Shown here in pieces: positions 13,186 to 25,682 of a DNA stretch of 64,000 nt; the stretch's first letter is position 1; each line of letters starts with the position of its first letter. The stretch lies in assembly GCA_028023455.1 (NCBI GenBank), contig JAQFVV010000003.1:25358001-25422000 (forward strand). The letters are read 5' to 3'. Under the pieces are notes generated by a model that made no database searches, was not told where the DNA came from, and saw only the letters and a program-made list of their open reading frames with translations. The stretch is from Epiperipatus broadwayi (taxonomy: Eukaryota > Animalia > Onychophora). The translations under genes and the position numbers were made by a program.

Positions 13186-15936
13186 TTTTTTTTTTTTCAA
13201 AAACCAAATTTATTGTACATTTAGACCATAGAAATACAGACCAAAAAGTAAAAAAAACAAGTAAATGATTATGAAATAGCATGCAAATAAAAAAAGGATA
13301 TATTTGAGTTAATGTTTGCACAGGAAACTTTTGTGACTTGTTTGTTGTTCCAAAAATAGACCATAGAAACCCAATTTGTCTAAAGTTCATAGCAGGGAAG
13401 ATTAAAATGAGATGCTGTTAGTAGGTAGTATTAATATCCGTGTTTGAGTTTTATGAAATGATGAAAAGCAACAGCCACCCAATAAACAGCAAAGTTGCGG
13501 GGAGCTCTATCCAATTGCAATGGAGTCCCAGGTTTGTGCAGCTGTGAAGGGGTCAGCAGTGCGCATATCTCTATCCCTTTCCTTGTTTAGTATTTGGCAA
13601 AACGCTGTGAATATATTATTCAAGGTCTCAGCCTGGAACACCAGCTTACAGCGCAATGCCCAGATGGAAAAGTTAATTATGGCCGAAAGCCGGATCTCAG
13701 AGAATATGCCCTTTTCAATTGCTGTCTTGAGGTTCATTTCAATTTGATTTCTTGTCATGTTTTGTTGAAAATGAGTTCTTAAATTGTTCAAAGTTGTGCA
13801 TTCGAAGAGGAAGTGATCGGTAGTCTCTTCCTGTCTTTGACACAATGTGCAATTAGGGTCAATATCTTGCCCCCTTTTATAGTGGAGGAAGGCATTTGTT
13901 GGGAGGGCATGCAGGTTCGATTTCAATAGGAAGTCCACGATTTTTGGCGGCAACTTCCAGAGCTTGGTCATCCTTATCATTCGAGGGATGTTGATTGAAA
14001 GGCAGCTGGGGATCCTCTGTTTTTGATGGTCAAGAAGATCAAACACTTCCCAATACGCAAGTTTTCTTTGAAATAGGGTTGATGTTGGTTTGATGTTATC
14101 AAAGATAAAGTTGATCTGCTGTTGAAGGAGCAAGGCACGTCCTCTGGGGGGTGGCCGATCAGTAGGTTGAATGTCCTTTTCCGGAAGTGGGCATTGAGCA
14201 CGTTCATTTTCCTTGAAGATGTTGTAGAGTACATTATGGATGCGTTGTAAGTTGAATATAGTTAGCGAGTGTAGTGAGAGACCATTTAAAGTTTTGGGCT
14301 TTTGGAGGATTCTCAAGCTAATTACGGGTGATCGGCCCGCCCAACACAGTTTTCTACAGGCGGTTTCTACTTTGTTGATGAATACCTTGGTGGGGATGAA
14401 CCCTGCCAAATAGTATATTATTTTTGGAAGAATGAGAGCATTTAAAAGGGCTACTTTCCCAAATAGGGAAAGGTATATTTTTGACAAAGATGCGATTGTG
14501 GTTTCAATTTTCTCTAATAATGAGTCCTGTATCTCTTTACGCATCACCGTGGGTGTTTTTGATAGGTGAAATCCTAGAAATTTCTGTGGCGCTGCTTCAA
14601 ATCCACCAGAGATCTTCTGGCCAGTAAGAATTGACCAAATAGCTGATTTTTTTGGGTTGACAAGGAAACCAGATAATTTGGCATGGTGATCAAGAAGTTG
14701 TTTTAGCTTACCCAGTTCATCATGGGATGAAAGAAACACAACTACATCATCCATATAGGAGATGTGATTGATGTTCTCATTAAGTAGCGGAACAGCGATA
14801 CCAGAAAACATGGCCTCGATGTTCAACAGCATTGGATTGATATAGGCAGCAAAGAGAAGTGCACTCAGGGGAGAACCTTGGGGGATGGAGATGTAGGGCA
14901 TAAAACCCGGGGCAATGCGACCATCTAGGGACAAGAACACTTCCCGATTGTAAAGAAGGTTCTCAATCATTTGAATGTATACGGGTGGTACATTTAGCTG
15001 TTCCAGAACACTGAGAAGAACATCAATTCTCACGGAGTCGAATGCCCCAGCTATATCAAGTTGGACTGCAATGGGCCAGGACTTCCTTTGTCTCCGCACA
15101 TGATCGACCAGAAGTCTGAAGCAGCTGACAGCATCAGATGTTGAAGTGCCTTTTTTTGCAAATTGATAGCGTGAAAGTTGTTTAATTATGTTATATTGAA
15201 TCTTGTCTTTAATGATGCTCTCGATGATCTTTGTCAATAGAGGAATCATCGAGATAGGACGCAGGTTATTGAGATCTGGTTGTGCATCACGCTTCTTTAA
15301 AAAGGGTACCATGGAGATGGGACATAGGTTTATTAGGTGATGACTTCCAGTGGCGATGAGGTCTATCATTCCATGGATTACTGGGATAGTAAAAGCTCTT
15401 AGGTGTAAAAGTAGAAATCTGGGAATTCCATGCATGCCAGGATGGACACTTTCTGGGAGTGATTGCAGTTTGTCAAGAATATCACCATCTGTGATGTTAT
15501 GTTCCATAGGGTTGTTAGTAACAAAAACTCTATGGATGTTAGTGACACCAATAGGTTGTAATTTTCTTTTGTAAAAGTCTCTTATTTTGGAAAGCATGGA
15601 GAGGCCGATATATTGTTTACTGTGTATCTTGATCGATGAGGGTGCCTTGTTTTGTTGGTTGGATCCTAGGGCCCATCTGATGTAACCTCGAGTCCAGCAG
15701 TGTTGATATGCTAAGTAACTGCGTGCTCGTTTAATTGATAGGTATTCAGCCAGGGATTGTTGGGTAGCTTTGTATTGTAGTTTAAGGCGAGTAATTTCTT
15801 GGATATTTTGCCTTTGTATGGGCAAATGTTTAAGTGTGTCGGCTATCTTGTCCAATTGACTTAGTAATTTGAGGGGACCTTTATTATGTTGAGTGCATTT
15901 ATGAATAGGTGATTGTAGAATATTTATGAAGTTATT
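13186..15936 (-). mobile_element. Young 5'-truncated L1/Tx1-clade non-LTR retrotransposon
   Basis: TSD AACAAAGGTATATC at 13172-13185 and 15937-15950. Poly(A) tail (poly-T at 13186-13197 on +) preceded by AATAAA on the minus strand. The sense-strand target TTT|AAGA resembles the L1 endonuclease TT|AAAA preference. Confidence 0.9.
13507..15855 (-). CDS. L1/Tx1-type ORF2 reverse transcriptase with C-terminal zf-RVT-like Cys/His motif; endonuclease lost by 5' truncation
   Basis: Uninterrupted 782-aa ORF that stays open to the truncation point at 15936. Motifs: NLRPISMIPLLTKI, QLDIAGAFDSV, SIPQGSPLSALLF, HISYMDD, KFLGFHL, CTLCQRQEETTDHFLFEC. Confidence 0.9.
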   Translation of the reverse strand: MDKIADTLKHLPIQRQNIQEITRLKLQYKATQQSLAEYLSIKRARSYLAYQHCWTRGYIRWALGSNQQNKAPSSIKIHSKQYIGLSMLSKIRDFYKRKLQPIGVTNIHRVFVTNNPMEHNITDGDILDKLQSLPESVHPGMHGIPRFLLLHLRAFTIPVIHGMIDLIATGSHHLINLCPISMVPFLKKRDAQPDLNNLRPISMIPLLTKIIESIIKDKIQYNIIKQLSRYQFAKKGTSTSDAVSCFRLLVDHVRRQRKSWPIAVQLDIAGAFDSVRIDVLLSVLEQLNVPPVYIQMIENLLYNREVFLSLDGRIAPGFMPYISIPQGSPLSALLFAAYINPMLLNIEAMFSGIAVPLLNENINHISYMDDVVVFLSSHDELGKLKQLLDHHAKLSGFLVNPKKSAIWSILTGQKISGGFEAAPQKFLGFHLSKTPTVMRKEIQDSLLEKIETTIASLSKIYLSLFGKVALLNALILPKIIYYLAGFIPTKVFINKVETACRKLCWAGRSPVISLRILQKPKTLNGLSLHSLTIFNLQRIHNVLYNIFKENERAQCPLPEKDIQPTDRPPPRGRALLLQQQINFIFDNIKPTSTLFQRKLAYWEVFDLLDHQKQRIPSCLSINIPRMIRMTKLWKLPPKIVDFLLKSNLHALPTNAFLHYKRGQDIDPNCTLCQRQEETTDHFLFECTTLNNLRTHFQQNMTRNQIEMNLKTAIEKGIFSEIRLSAIINFSIWALRCKLVFQAETLNNIFTAFCQILNKERDRDMRTADPFTAAQTWDSIAIG

Positions 15937-17491
15937 AACAAAGGTATATCTTAAATGCTCACCTGTTCTAAACTGCTATTATTTTCTAAAACTAAAATAA
16001 ATTTCCCCCCTAACCATTCAAATAATACTTCGCTCCTTTAAAACTAATAATAACAACATTATACTAAATACCAAACATTTATAGATTTAACTTGGCGAAT
16101 CTTTCTAAAATACTATTATTAATGATTGGATTTTTTTCCTCCTACTCTTATTAAGAAAATAAACATTTATACTTACCCGCACGTATCAGAATAAACATAA
16201 ATATGTTCAGGTGTATCAGTGTTATGAGATAGTGTGGAGAGTGGTGGGTCATGTGAAAGTCTGTGCTCATAACCTGTCTATTACATATATAGACACAGGT
16301 ATATATAAGCCTGTGTATTCCAGCTATTATAAATATTTTAAGAAAAATAATTTAAATGTTTTACTTTATTTTAAAATAAATGAATCGTTTTATCTTATAA
16401 TGAAACACACGCTTCTTTTTTTAAAAATTAAAATAAGCATTTTAATATATTACTTAAACAAATAAATTATCCACGTTACATCATATTTTATTATTATTAT
16501 TATTTTTTAAGTTTAAGTTTTAAGATCAAATCACACATACGTGCATACCAAAAATATTATTTCATAGAAGCTGCTTTTACTTATTTTATCATTACAAATA
16601 TTAATTTTCTGAAGTTTAAAGTTTATTCTTTTTTTTAAAGTTTAATTCAAAAAGCTCAATGTTTTTTACATAAAGTCTATCTTTATTTTTAAAGGAAATA
16701 GGAATGTTTATATATCAAAGTCAAATAATTACCTAGGTTTTTAAATACGACAGAAACAGTATAATGGAATTATTCCTTAATTCATTGACGTCCGGTAATT
16801 GATTCCTTTGGGGATCCTGTGACTTGTTATGATTTTGTGGCTGGTTTGGCGTTCCCCGCACTCCGCTGTCCATGTAGTCTATTTCAACATGATTACTTTC
16901 CAAACTAATCACAGATCTTAAATGCATAGAGAGCGGCTATCGGTCAACTGCAAATATGTTAGTTTTTTTAACAATGCATCATTTGTGAAATATTACTTCA
17001 AAAATATTTTATTAAAATAAGAAAGTCCGAACCAAGAATGAACAGAATTGAGCTATTTATACAGTTTTTAAACAATGGAAAATGTTATTTTTAGCAGCAG
17101 CGTTCATTTTTGTGAAAATAAAATCAGCTTCTAGCGTCTACTTTATATTAAAAATTGCATACACACACACACGCACATTTATTTATTATAAGATAAAACG
17201 AAATCTCTTTATTATTTTGTTAAAAATTCATTTAAAAATATTTAAATCATTTATTTATTACAAGATTTTTTTCTTCTTTTAAACAAAAAAAAATCTTTTA
17301 TTTTAAACAGCTTGTTATTTTAAACAACTTATTATTTTAAACGGCGTTTACAGTTTATTTTATTCAATACAAAATCCTCCCCCCCCCCTACTCTTTAGTT
17401 TTTACATTTTATTCTCTTAATTTTAAACTTTTATATTTTTAAACATGGAATTCATAATAAATTAATTACATATTAATGTACTTTGATACAA

Positions 17492-19117
17492 TATATAACA
17501 AAATAAAATAAATGTGTGTTATAGATACAAATGTAAAACTTTAATATGTGTTAGTATTAAATATGCACACATTATATAATTCAGATATGATATATAGGAA
17601 AATTATCTTGAACCATTCTATAAATAATAACAACAATTTAGTAAATCTCCAAACGTTTTTGAAGGCTTACTCTTCATTATCAAGAAGTACAAACTCTCTT
17701 ATCATTTTTCAATGATATACTGATATGCAAATATTTGAACAAAACTGGGTGAATATGCAAATTAGAATCAGAGCGCCTCCACTCGCCATTTCTTTGACAA
17801 GGTGTAAAACGACTCCCTTTTGTTCATTGCATTCTCATCCAAGATGATGAAACACACCTAATTTTTCCTTCACAAATCACTCCACTCCCTACACAATACT
17901 CTTGGTCCATCTGGTCTACACAAATGATCCACAGCCATTGCATGCTGCACAAAAATGGAAGAGTGGGATGAATCAGCTAAGGCCTTATTGTATGAATGCA
18001 CATGTTGGGATAATCTAGTTTGAACCAATGCTTTTGTCTCCCCATAATATGCAGCTGGGCAGATGTTTTTGCTGCATGCAATCTTGTAGACCACCTGCTG
18101 TGCTTGCACAGGAAGAATATAATCTTTGGTGTTGTTTATACACCTATTCAAATTAGAGGGTGAACGAAAACACACACAGAACTCTGAGCAAAAGATCGTC
18201 TGCATTTTCCTATAAATATTTTGGATATATGGGAGCAAATGCTTAGGCCTTCTTTTAAATTTCTCAATAATATTATCAATGGCTCATTGGTTATATTGTG
18301 CCTTAATGAGCTCATTTCTATAAGTTTCGATGTTGCTTCTTTTATCAGCTTCAAAACTACACAAACAGTTATTTCTATGTAAAAATGATTTGAGGCCAGC
18401 AAATTTATATATATCTGGTGTATTTGATAAGTAATGTATATGGCCTCTGATGTTAATGGGCTTAATGTTCATTTTGTAATAAAAGCGATCAGCCTCAATC
18501 ATTACTTGTAGGTCCAAATATTTAATACTGTTCGATGCTTCTTCCTGATTTACATTTATGTTAAGGCCTGATACTGTTATGAGGTCAGCTTTAATATCCT
18601 CAATGGTTTCCTCTGGAGTGGCTACAAAGACATCACCCACATATCTAGCATACAGAACTAATCCATTATTCATATATCTAGGCACAATAATCCATCCATA
18701 CACATTCATCATAATACTGGCGATGATACCACTCATCGGAAGACCCATCAGCCAACCGTTGAGCATATGATACCATTCATGATTGAAAACTGCAAAAATA
18801 TTTCGGTTCATCTATTCTAGCAAAGCAACAACAAACTTGACCCGCTCAAGGTACATTCCATAATTAATGAGTGCTTCTCTTACCACAATGATCGATTTGG
18901 GTCTATAAATCGATGCATATAGCTCTGCTACATCAAGTGAAGTCATCCCTGTGTGTTGCTCTGGATGTACATTCTTCAATTTCTCAACAAAATCAAATGA
19001 TGATAATTTTCTTATATATCATATCTGAATTATATAATGGGTGTATATTTAATACTAACACATATTAAAGTTTTACATTTGTATCTATAACACACATTTA
19101 TTTTATTTTGTTATATA
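17492..19117 (-). mobile_element. PLE copy 2, 5'-truncated, with an inverted duplicate of its 3' terminus
   Basis: Collinear with 10184-11665. ORFs 18284-18811 and 17870-18238 (VVYKIACS...YYGETK...TRLSQH). 19002-19117 is the reverse complement of 17492-17607. Confidence 0.9.
17647..17687 (-). ncRNA. Second copy of the PLE U3-A8 hammerhead motif, G12 mutated (probably inactive)
   Basis: Minus strand reads CUUC-UUGAUAA-U-GAAGA(GUAAG)CCUUC-AAAA-ACGU-UU-GGAG. It retains the palindromic ACGU stem III. Confidence 0.45.
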
Positions 19118-22100
19118 GATATCATGAGTAGAAAAGAAATTTTGTTGCTACCCAAAATATCACACCAATAGGTTTTCTCTTAATCTTCTACTAAAATAAA
19201 ATCAAGTAATCTTATTATTTTAACTCATGATAAATGAAGTAAAGTGATTTTATAGCTTTATCAAAAATAAATGAAATAGAATAAGTGATCTTATACCGGT
19301 TGAATAAAATGGTTTTATCATCTTCTTTGATGTTATCTGAACATCAGCAATATAACTTTAAATAAAATGATTTTTATATCATATTTCTTTATATTCTTGT
19401 ATTTTCAATGCATAAAAATAAATAAACACAATTGTGTGGTCATATTAATATATTTATGAAAGATGCAGAAGATGATAAGGAGATAGATAAGCATGAATTA
19501 ATAATTAAATTAACATGTATGGACACTTAATAAGGCAAATATCAAATTACTTTATAACTTGCAAAATTATTAAAACTTCCCCAAAATAAAAAAATACTAT
19601 AAAGAAAAATTATGTATTACAATTTAGAAATAATAGTAGAGACATCTGATAATTAAAAAAATCTTACTATGGGTTTGATAAATTCAATAAGTTCTGAGAT
19701 TTAGTACACTATTTTACTATTATAGAGTCCCTAGGTGAAAATAGTCAATACATTAAGTAAAATATAATCTTACCAATCATTGGTTGGTAATGAATGCTAA
19801 AGAGGATGTACACAATTTTATGTAGCCACATATGCAATTATAAATTTAATATCAAATATTTTATCAGTTTTAAAACATCTGGATATGCTAGCTATACACA
19901 TCTACAAGACCTACACATCAAAATCACTCATATTAACAAAGAGTGCAACTGAAAGTATAGAGGTCATTCTGCAATACTTCCAAAATATCAAATGCCAGGA
20001 TAAAGACATGGTTGTGCATTACATATGACTTTAAAGATAATATATCACTAAAATCTCCACATTAAGGTACAGACAAGCAAAGCAAAATAGAACGAAGCCA
20101 TCAACTCAAAGAAGAACCTACACATAATAACAATAATAATCTAGGATTTTGTCTCTAGTCAAGATCTATAAGAATAACTCATCAGAAAAAAAAGGTTTGC
20201 CTAAATATACCATTATATGCTCAGTATCACAGCAATATAACAAAACTCATTGGCATAATACAATAAACTATAAGTGATAGACAAATGCTACTATCTCTTA
20301 AAACATAATGATAAACAAGTGATGTATAACATTAAAAAACAATAAATGTAGCAAAATATAGCTTAAATATAAAATTGTGGCATAATAATTAAACAATAAA
20401 AATATACACCAGCTTTTGAACTCTTACAGCATTTACACACATTCAAAATAACTTCAAAAAAGGACAAGTATATGACACTTTAAAATATTATTCTAAAAAT
20501 ATTCTGAGAACTTAGCATGAAATTATCTGTTAAAATTGTACATAAAAAGTTATACAGAAATACAAAGAAATAAATATATGGCACATAAAATAATATAAGT
20601 ATTATAATTAATATTTAAAGCCATTACCAATAAAATAAATAATTCTTAATCTTGATATTCATACCATTATACTGTATAAAGTCAATAAAAAAGTTTTCAA
20701 ATATTCTGTAGATGTTCCAGGATTTCCAGGTAACAAAAAAATATCAAATTAAATCACATTAATTGAAAAATATGAAGTAAGCAAAAACTTGAAGTTCTAA
20801 CATGGGATTACTATTGACTAAATAAGTAGCATAACAAATACTAGAAACATAGCATATTCATAATAGCATATAGAATAGCAATGTAATGAATATTATGCAT
20901 TTCAAGTAGTATCTTGGATAAATGATTAACATTTCTTTTAAAGAGCACAGTTTATCATCTACTGATGACTACAATGAAGAATAATTATTCTAAAATGGAA
21001 TATGATAAGGTAAAGAGCATTTAAATAAATATTTAGGAGATCAAATTGAGCATACTCATAATTTAAAATTGAAGAGCAAACATATTTGAGAACTTAAAAA
21101 ATATATTTCATTCTTTTTTAAAACTAATGCTAACACAATAATAATCAGGCCAGTCATAGTCCAACCCAAAATTGTGTTCACTGAAACTAACGACTGCAAA
21201 AGGAAGATAAAAGAAGCGTATTTTATCACCAATGACAATAATGTAATTAATAGATGCAACACATGCTTCGCTATCTCCAGAAAATGGACAAGCTGATTAA
21301 TTTACATATGCATTTGCATATATTACCAGTTAATAATATCACAACAACTATTACCATTTTGGCCATGATTATGAGGAATAACACCTCGAAAGTGCTTAGC
21401 CTGGATTAACACAGTTTGATTGTTTACTATTAACAGCTTGATTCACCAGCATTTTAAAGCACTTGTATATACGAATAATCATTTTATAAAGCAAGCATTT
21501 GTAATACATGTCAATGATAAATTTAAATTTTTGCATAAACCAACAATAATAAATAAATTCCATATCTTCTTTAAAACAAGGCATTTAAAATAATAATTAA
21601 GCACATTTAATACATTTCAATCTTTTATTACGAGTACACAAATTAAACAAGCATAGAGTCAAATTTGGGTTTTTATTCTCCTTCTAAAACATAATTTTAA
21701 TTCAAATAAACAGATATTCTACTATAGCAATCAGTTTCATTAAATAAAATAAATGCATAATAAAGTCTTCTCCAACATTAAATTATTTCATAGCAGATAG
21801 ATATAATAATATTAAAATGTAACATTTATTCACATTTATCCATGATGAGACAAATGTTTCACTCCTTTAAAGTAATTTCAAAACACTCATATTTTGAAAA
21901 CAAACATCCATAAATCATATAAATAAATAATTCCTTAATGATTATTAATAAATATTCATCCATTAACAATTAGCATCTTTAAATTCTCTTGTTGTTGAAG
22001 GGTGCTTCAATATTTTTAAAATAGTTTAAATTCCATATAAAATGGTATTGTATCAAAAGAGAACACACTTAAAAAATGATAAAATATTCAATATTATTTA

Positions 22101-22934
22101 AATAGAATCATTTCATAAAGTTCTTTCAGAAAAAGAAGTTAAAATCTTTTTAATATTAATGTAAAACATCTTAAAAGTTCTAACATATAATTTAGACATT
22201 ATCCTTTTTAAAATGAAATTTGAACATAATAAATAAATTAAAATTAACAATGTTCTTGCAATGCAGAAATAATACCTTCAATTAAAGTCCATTGTTGCTA
22301 TAAATTTCCAAGACAACAAAGTATTCTTCCTAAAATATATGCTTTAGAATTTCCCATAATGAAATCTTGTAGAAGTTTAAAGTGTTGAAGAGTTTTCAGT
22401 TATAAAAGATATCTAAATAGATAATTTACTGTTTGACAATGTATACTTTACTTAGCATTATAGACAAATTAGGTGTGTGAAGATAGATGTCTGTAGATAG
22501 ATGTGTGTTGGCTTAACAATATCAAACTTTTATAAAGTAAGTCATGTGACGGTCATTGATTGAATGACTGACAACTGAAATGTCCATCCCAGATAAACAA
22601 TTAACTGAAAGTTCAAAATTTTCTGGTTGCTGCTGGAAAATTCTGAAAATAACTTTGACTAATTATAATTTAATCTAGACAGAAAATCAAAACAGTAATT
22701 AATTTATAATTACATCAACTTTTAAAAAAAATTATTTAACATGTTATTTAGTAAACTGAAATCTATTACAAAAAAAAAAATACATTCTTTAAATACAATA
22801 AAGATTTACATTGTTTAATAAAATAAAAATTATTATATTAATAAAATAATGAGAATATTTCTTTTATAAGATCCCAGAATATTATTTTATATTATATCTT
22901 TTAAAATGTATACATTTAAAGTATAAATAGTCAA

Positions 22935-23013
22935 GCATTGGTGGTCGAGAGGTCAGCACGACTGCCTTATAAGCAGTTGTCCCGGGTTAGCGGGTTCGCT
23001 TCCCGGACGATGA
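22935..23013 (+). pseudogene. tRNA-Gly(TCC)-derived pseudogene or SINE head with anticodon changed to TAT and an 8-nt T-arm insertion
   Basis: GCATTGG TG GTCGAGAGGTCAGCAC G ACTGC CTTATAA GCAGT TGTC CCGGG TT[AGCGGGTT]CGCTT CCCGG ACGATGA follows the eukaryotic tRNA-Gly(TCC) layout. The anticodon stem and T stem pair; the acceptor stem is imperfect. Confidence 0.75.
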
Positions 23014-23723
23014 TATGACACATGAAAAAAAAAAGTATAAATTACTTAAATTATCTTCTAAACATTAGACTTTTTAACTAGAAAGTAATTAGCAAATTTC
23101 AGGCATGCACACTCACATATACTATTATTAAATTCTTTATCCAAAAATAATAATTTAGATACATGAGCTAAATATTGGTTTAAAAATGATAAACTTTCTA
23201 ATTAGCTAAACTTTAAGATTTTCTAATTAAAACTAGATTACAATGCTATTAAATTAGCATTTATCACTATATTTTAATTAAACTGTAAAATAAATTACTT
23301 ATGCTACTAAAATTAAATATTTATTTAAAACTAACTTAAATATTTAGAACCTCTAAAATTTTAAAACTTATTTTAAAGTTCTTCTATGATATTTTAATTA
23401 AATAATAGATATAACAGCTAAACTAAGATTGTTTTATCTTTATTACTATAACAAAGTAAACTCATTTGTGCCTTAAATCAATAATAACTCTATGATTAAG
23501 TACTTATAATTATAAAATAGTTAACCTATTATGTTTAAATACTATAAAATTACATAAATAAAACTTTAAGTTAATACCATCTTATAATATTCATTATGAA
23601 GTGACTAATAAGTTACAGATGCACTCAATTTACTATTTAACAATAAAATTTATTCACTAAAAAATAAACTATTTAATTTCTTTTTAAAACAATTGCAAAA
23701 ACTGAAGGTCACAATATATATAT

Positions 23724-25362
23724 TGTAACGGAATATATGCCGTTACATTATTTTAAAATGAAAATAAAAAGATCGTAAATAAAATTTGATTTATTAAAAA
23801 GAAAAAAAAACTTAAAAAACTGAAAATTAAAAGTTGTTTAATATATATAGATCGCATGATGGACAACTTTAAAAACTTTTAAAAAATAAAAATATTTGAA
23901 AGTAATTTTTTTTTGTAAAAAGTAAAGATATAAAGATTGATATTTTAAAAATAGAAATAATGTTGATTTCTATAGTCTTAGAAAATGGAAATGATTGTCT
24001 TATTAATTAAATGATTGTTCAAAAGCAAACTACCTCGTGAGGCATGTAAAATAAATTAAATGGTCAGATAAGAGAATACAAAGGAATTAAATGACCAATC
24101 CAAACACGAAAATGACAGCACGGACCATAACTGAAACACGAATGGATTAGTGACGTCTTGCTCGTTGAATCTCAAGATCTAATGATAAGAGACTAATAAA
24201 AATATAAAAGCCAAATTATTATTATAATTGTTATCTTAGAGCTGACTATGAATAGATCGTTATAACTAGCTATATTGCAGATTTTCACGATGTGGAAGTC
24301 TGCAATAAATTTAATTTTCCGGACAACCAGCTGAGGCCTCTGGATGACAGCTCCTGACCAAATGCATGGCAAGTCGCAGTTTCATTTCAAAGGACAAAAT
24401 CTACGAAAGTGATCACGAAGATGGACTTCTCAATCTATTAAATCCGTAAAGTATAAACTATTGTGTCTATCTAATAAGAACTTTCCTAAAATTGCAAGTA
24501 ATTAATAACTGAAAATAACTCTTATCTGACTTAAAGAATGCAAATTCAATTATTGCTATTTTTTTTATGTAGATGTTTAAGCAATCATTTCCAGTTCATT
24601 TTTTTTGTGTGTGTATTATGTTCTAACTAAAATGTATTAAATTTAAGTTGTTTATAGACGCTTGCATGGATTCGTTTGCGGTTAATTATATTTTGGTTTT
24701 CATATTTTATCAAAATATATAGACATTCGATAAATAATGATACCTTACGGTGAGTATCTAAAATGTATTTATTCGGATGTCTTTTAAGTTATTGGTGACA
24801 ACGCAAGTATCTTATGGTGAATACTATTGGGTTACTTATAAGTTTCCCTCTGCGATTGTCGGCATCAATAATTTTGTATTTTGATCATTTATGTTTATTT
24901 TGAAATGTTTTTGACCATGGAATCTATGTAAGCGATCTATACCCAACATTTTAAAGCAAATCTGTGCGATCTATTTAAAATAGTAATTTAAATTTAAAAA
25001 AAAAAAAATATTAATGTTAAAATCTAAAAATAAATTTAATCTTCAATTTTAAATGTGCGTTAATAAAAATCTATTTGTGTGTTAATTACTGGCAGTGGCT
25101 TCTTTTATTTTATTGTTCTAAATATTTAATATATACTTTGAGAATAGAAGTCTATTGAAACTTATAAATGTTTTAAAATCTCTGCTATTCCACTGAGCTA
25201 GTGACATGGGCTAACGACCGGAATCAAAATTAAAAAAAAAAAAAAAATTTTTTTTTTTTTTTGACTTACGTATCTGCCTACTTTATAAATTTTTCTAGGT
25301 TCAAATGCCTAGATGGCGCCCTGTAGTGCAGTTTACGTAAGTCTCCTTCCCCGATCGTTAAA
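23724..25362. mobile_element. Solo-LTR-like repeat, copy 2, with 4-bp ATAT TSD
   Basis: Termini TGTAACG...CGTTAAA (copy 1 has CGTTACA). ATAT at 23720-23723 and 25363-25366. Homologous to 1-2127; non-coding. Confidence 0.65.
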
Positions 25363-25682
25363 ATATATATATATATATAACACCAGAACATTATGGTACA
25401 TGGGTTCAAACCTTTCAATGTTTATTTTACTAAAAATAAAGGAACATTTCTTTAATAAAATTAAAGAATAATTTTAACTGTATTTCTTTATTATATTTAT
25501 TGTACTTAATTAATGGATTCCAATGATATAAAATATATATCAATTCCTGCAATGCTATGTGATTCAAACCATGCTATTATGATTAAATAAAGATTTTCTC
25601 TAGATACTTTGTATGTATTTATTTTTTGAATTACATTATCTGAGAAAAAATGTATTGGATATTTTTAAAAATAAAGGGTAAT

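Larger units (their letters stand above)
13097..15985 (-). other. Possible host exon-intron-exon unit (empty-site intron 41 nt) interrupted by the L1/Tx1 insertion
   Basis: Removing the element and one TSD on the minus strand gives CAG|GTGAGCATTTAAGATATACCTTTGTTTTGTTTTTGGAACAG|ACTGAG. The flanks read in frame as NNSSLEQ-TELADVQAPNCT. The gene is unidentified. Confidence 0.35.

Noticed and set aside
13507-15855. Endonuclease-less RT as a novel stand-alone RT gene or system
   Set aside because: A 14-bp TSD, poly(A) tail and an EN-bearing relative at 60.5-63.3 kb show that it is an ordinary 5'-truncated LINE insertion.
21056-21410. Host membrane-protein exons on the minus strand
   Set aside because: Plausible splice sites exist, but two frames are equally open and no family is recognisable. 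Hydrophobicity is expected from AT-rich antisense sequence.
23040-23700. Mitochondrial rRNA insertion (NUMT)
   Set aside because: AT-rich and superficially similar, but the universally conserved rRNA motifs could not be found.
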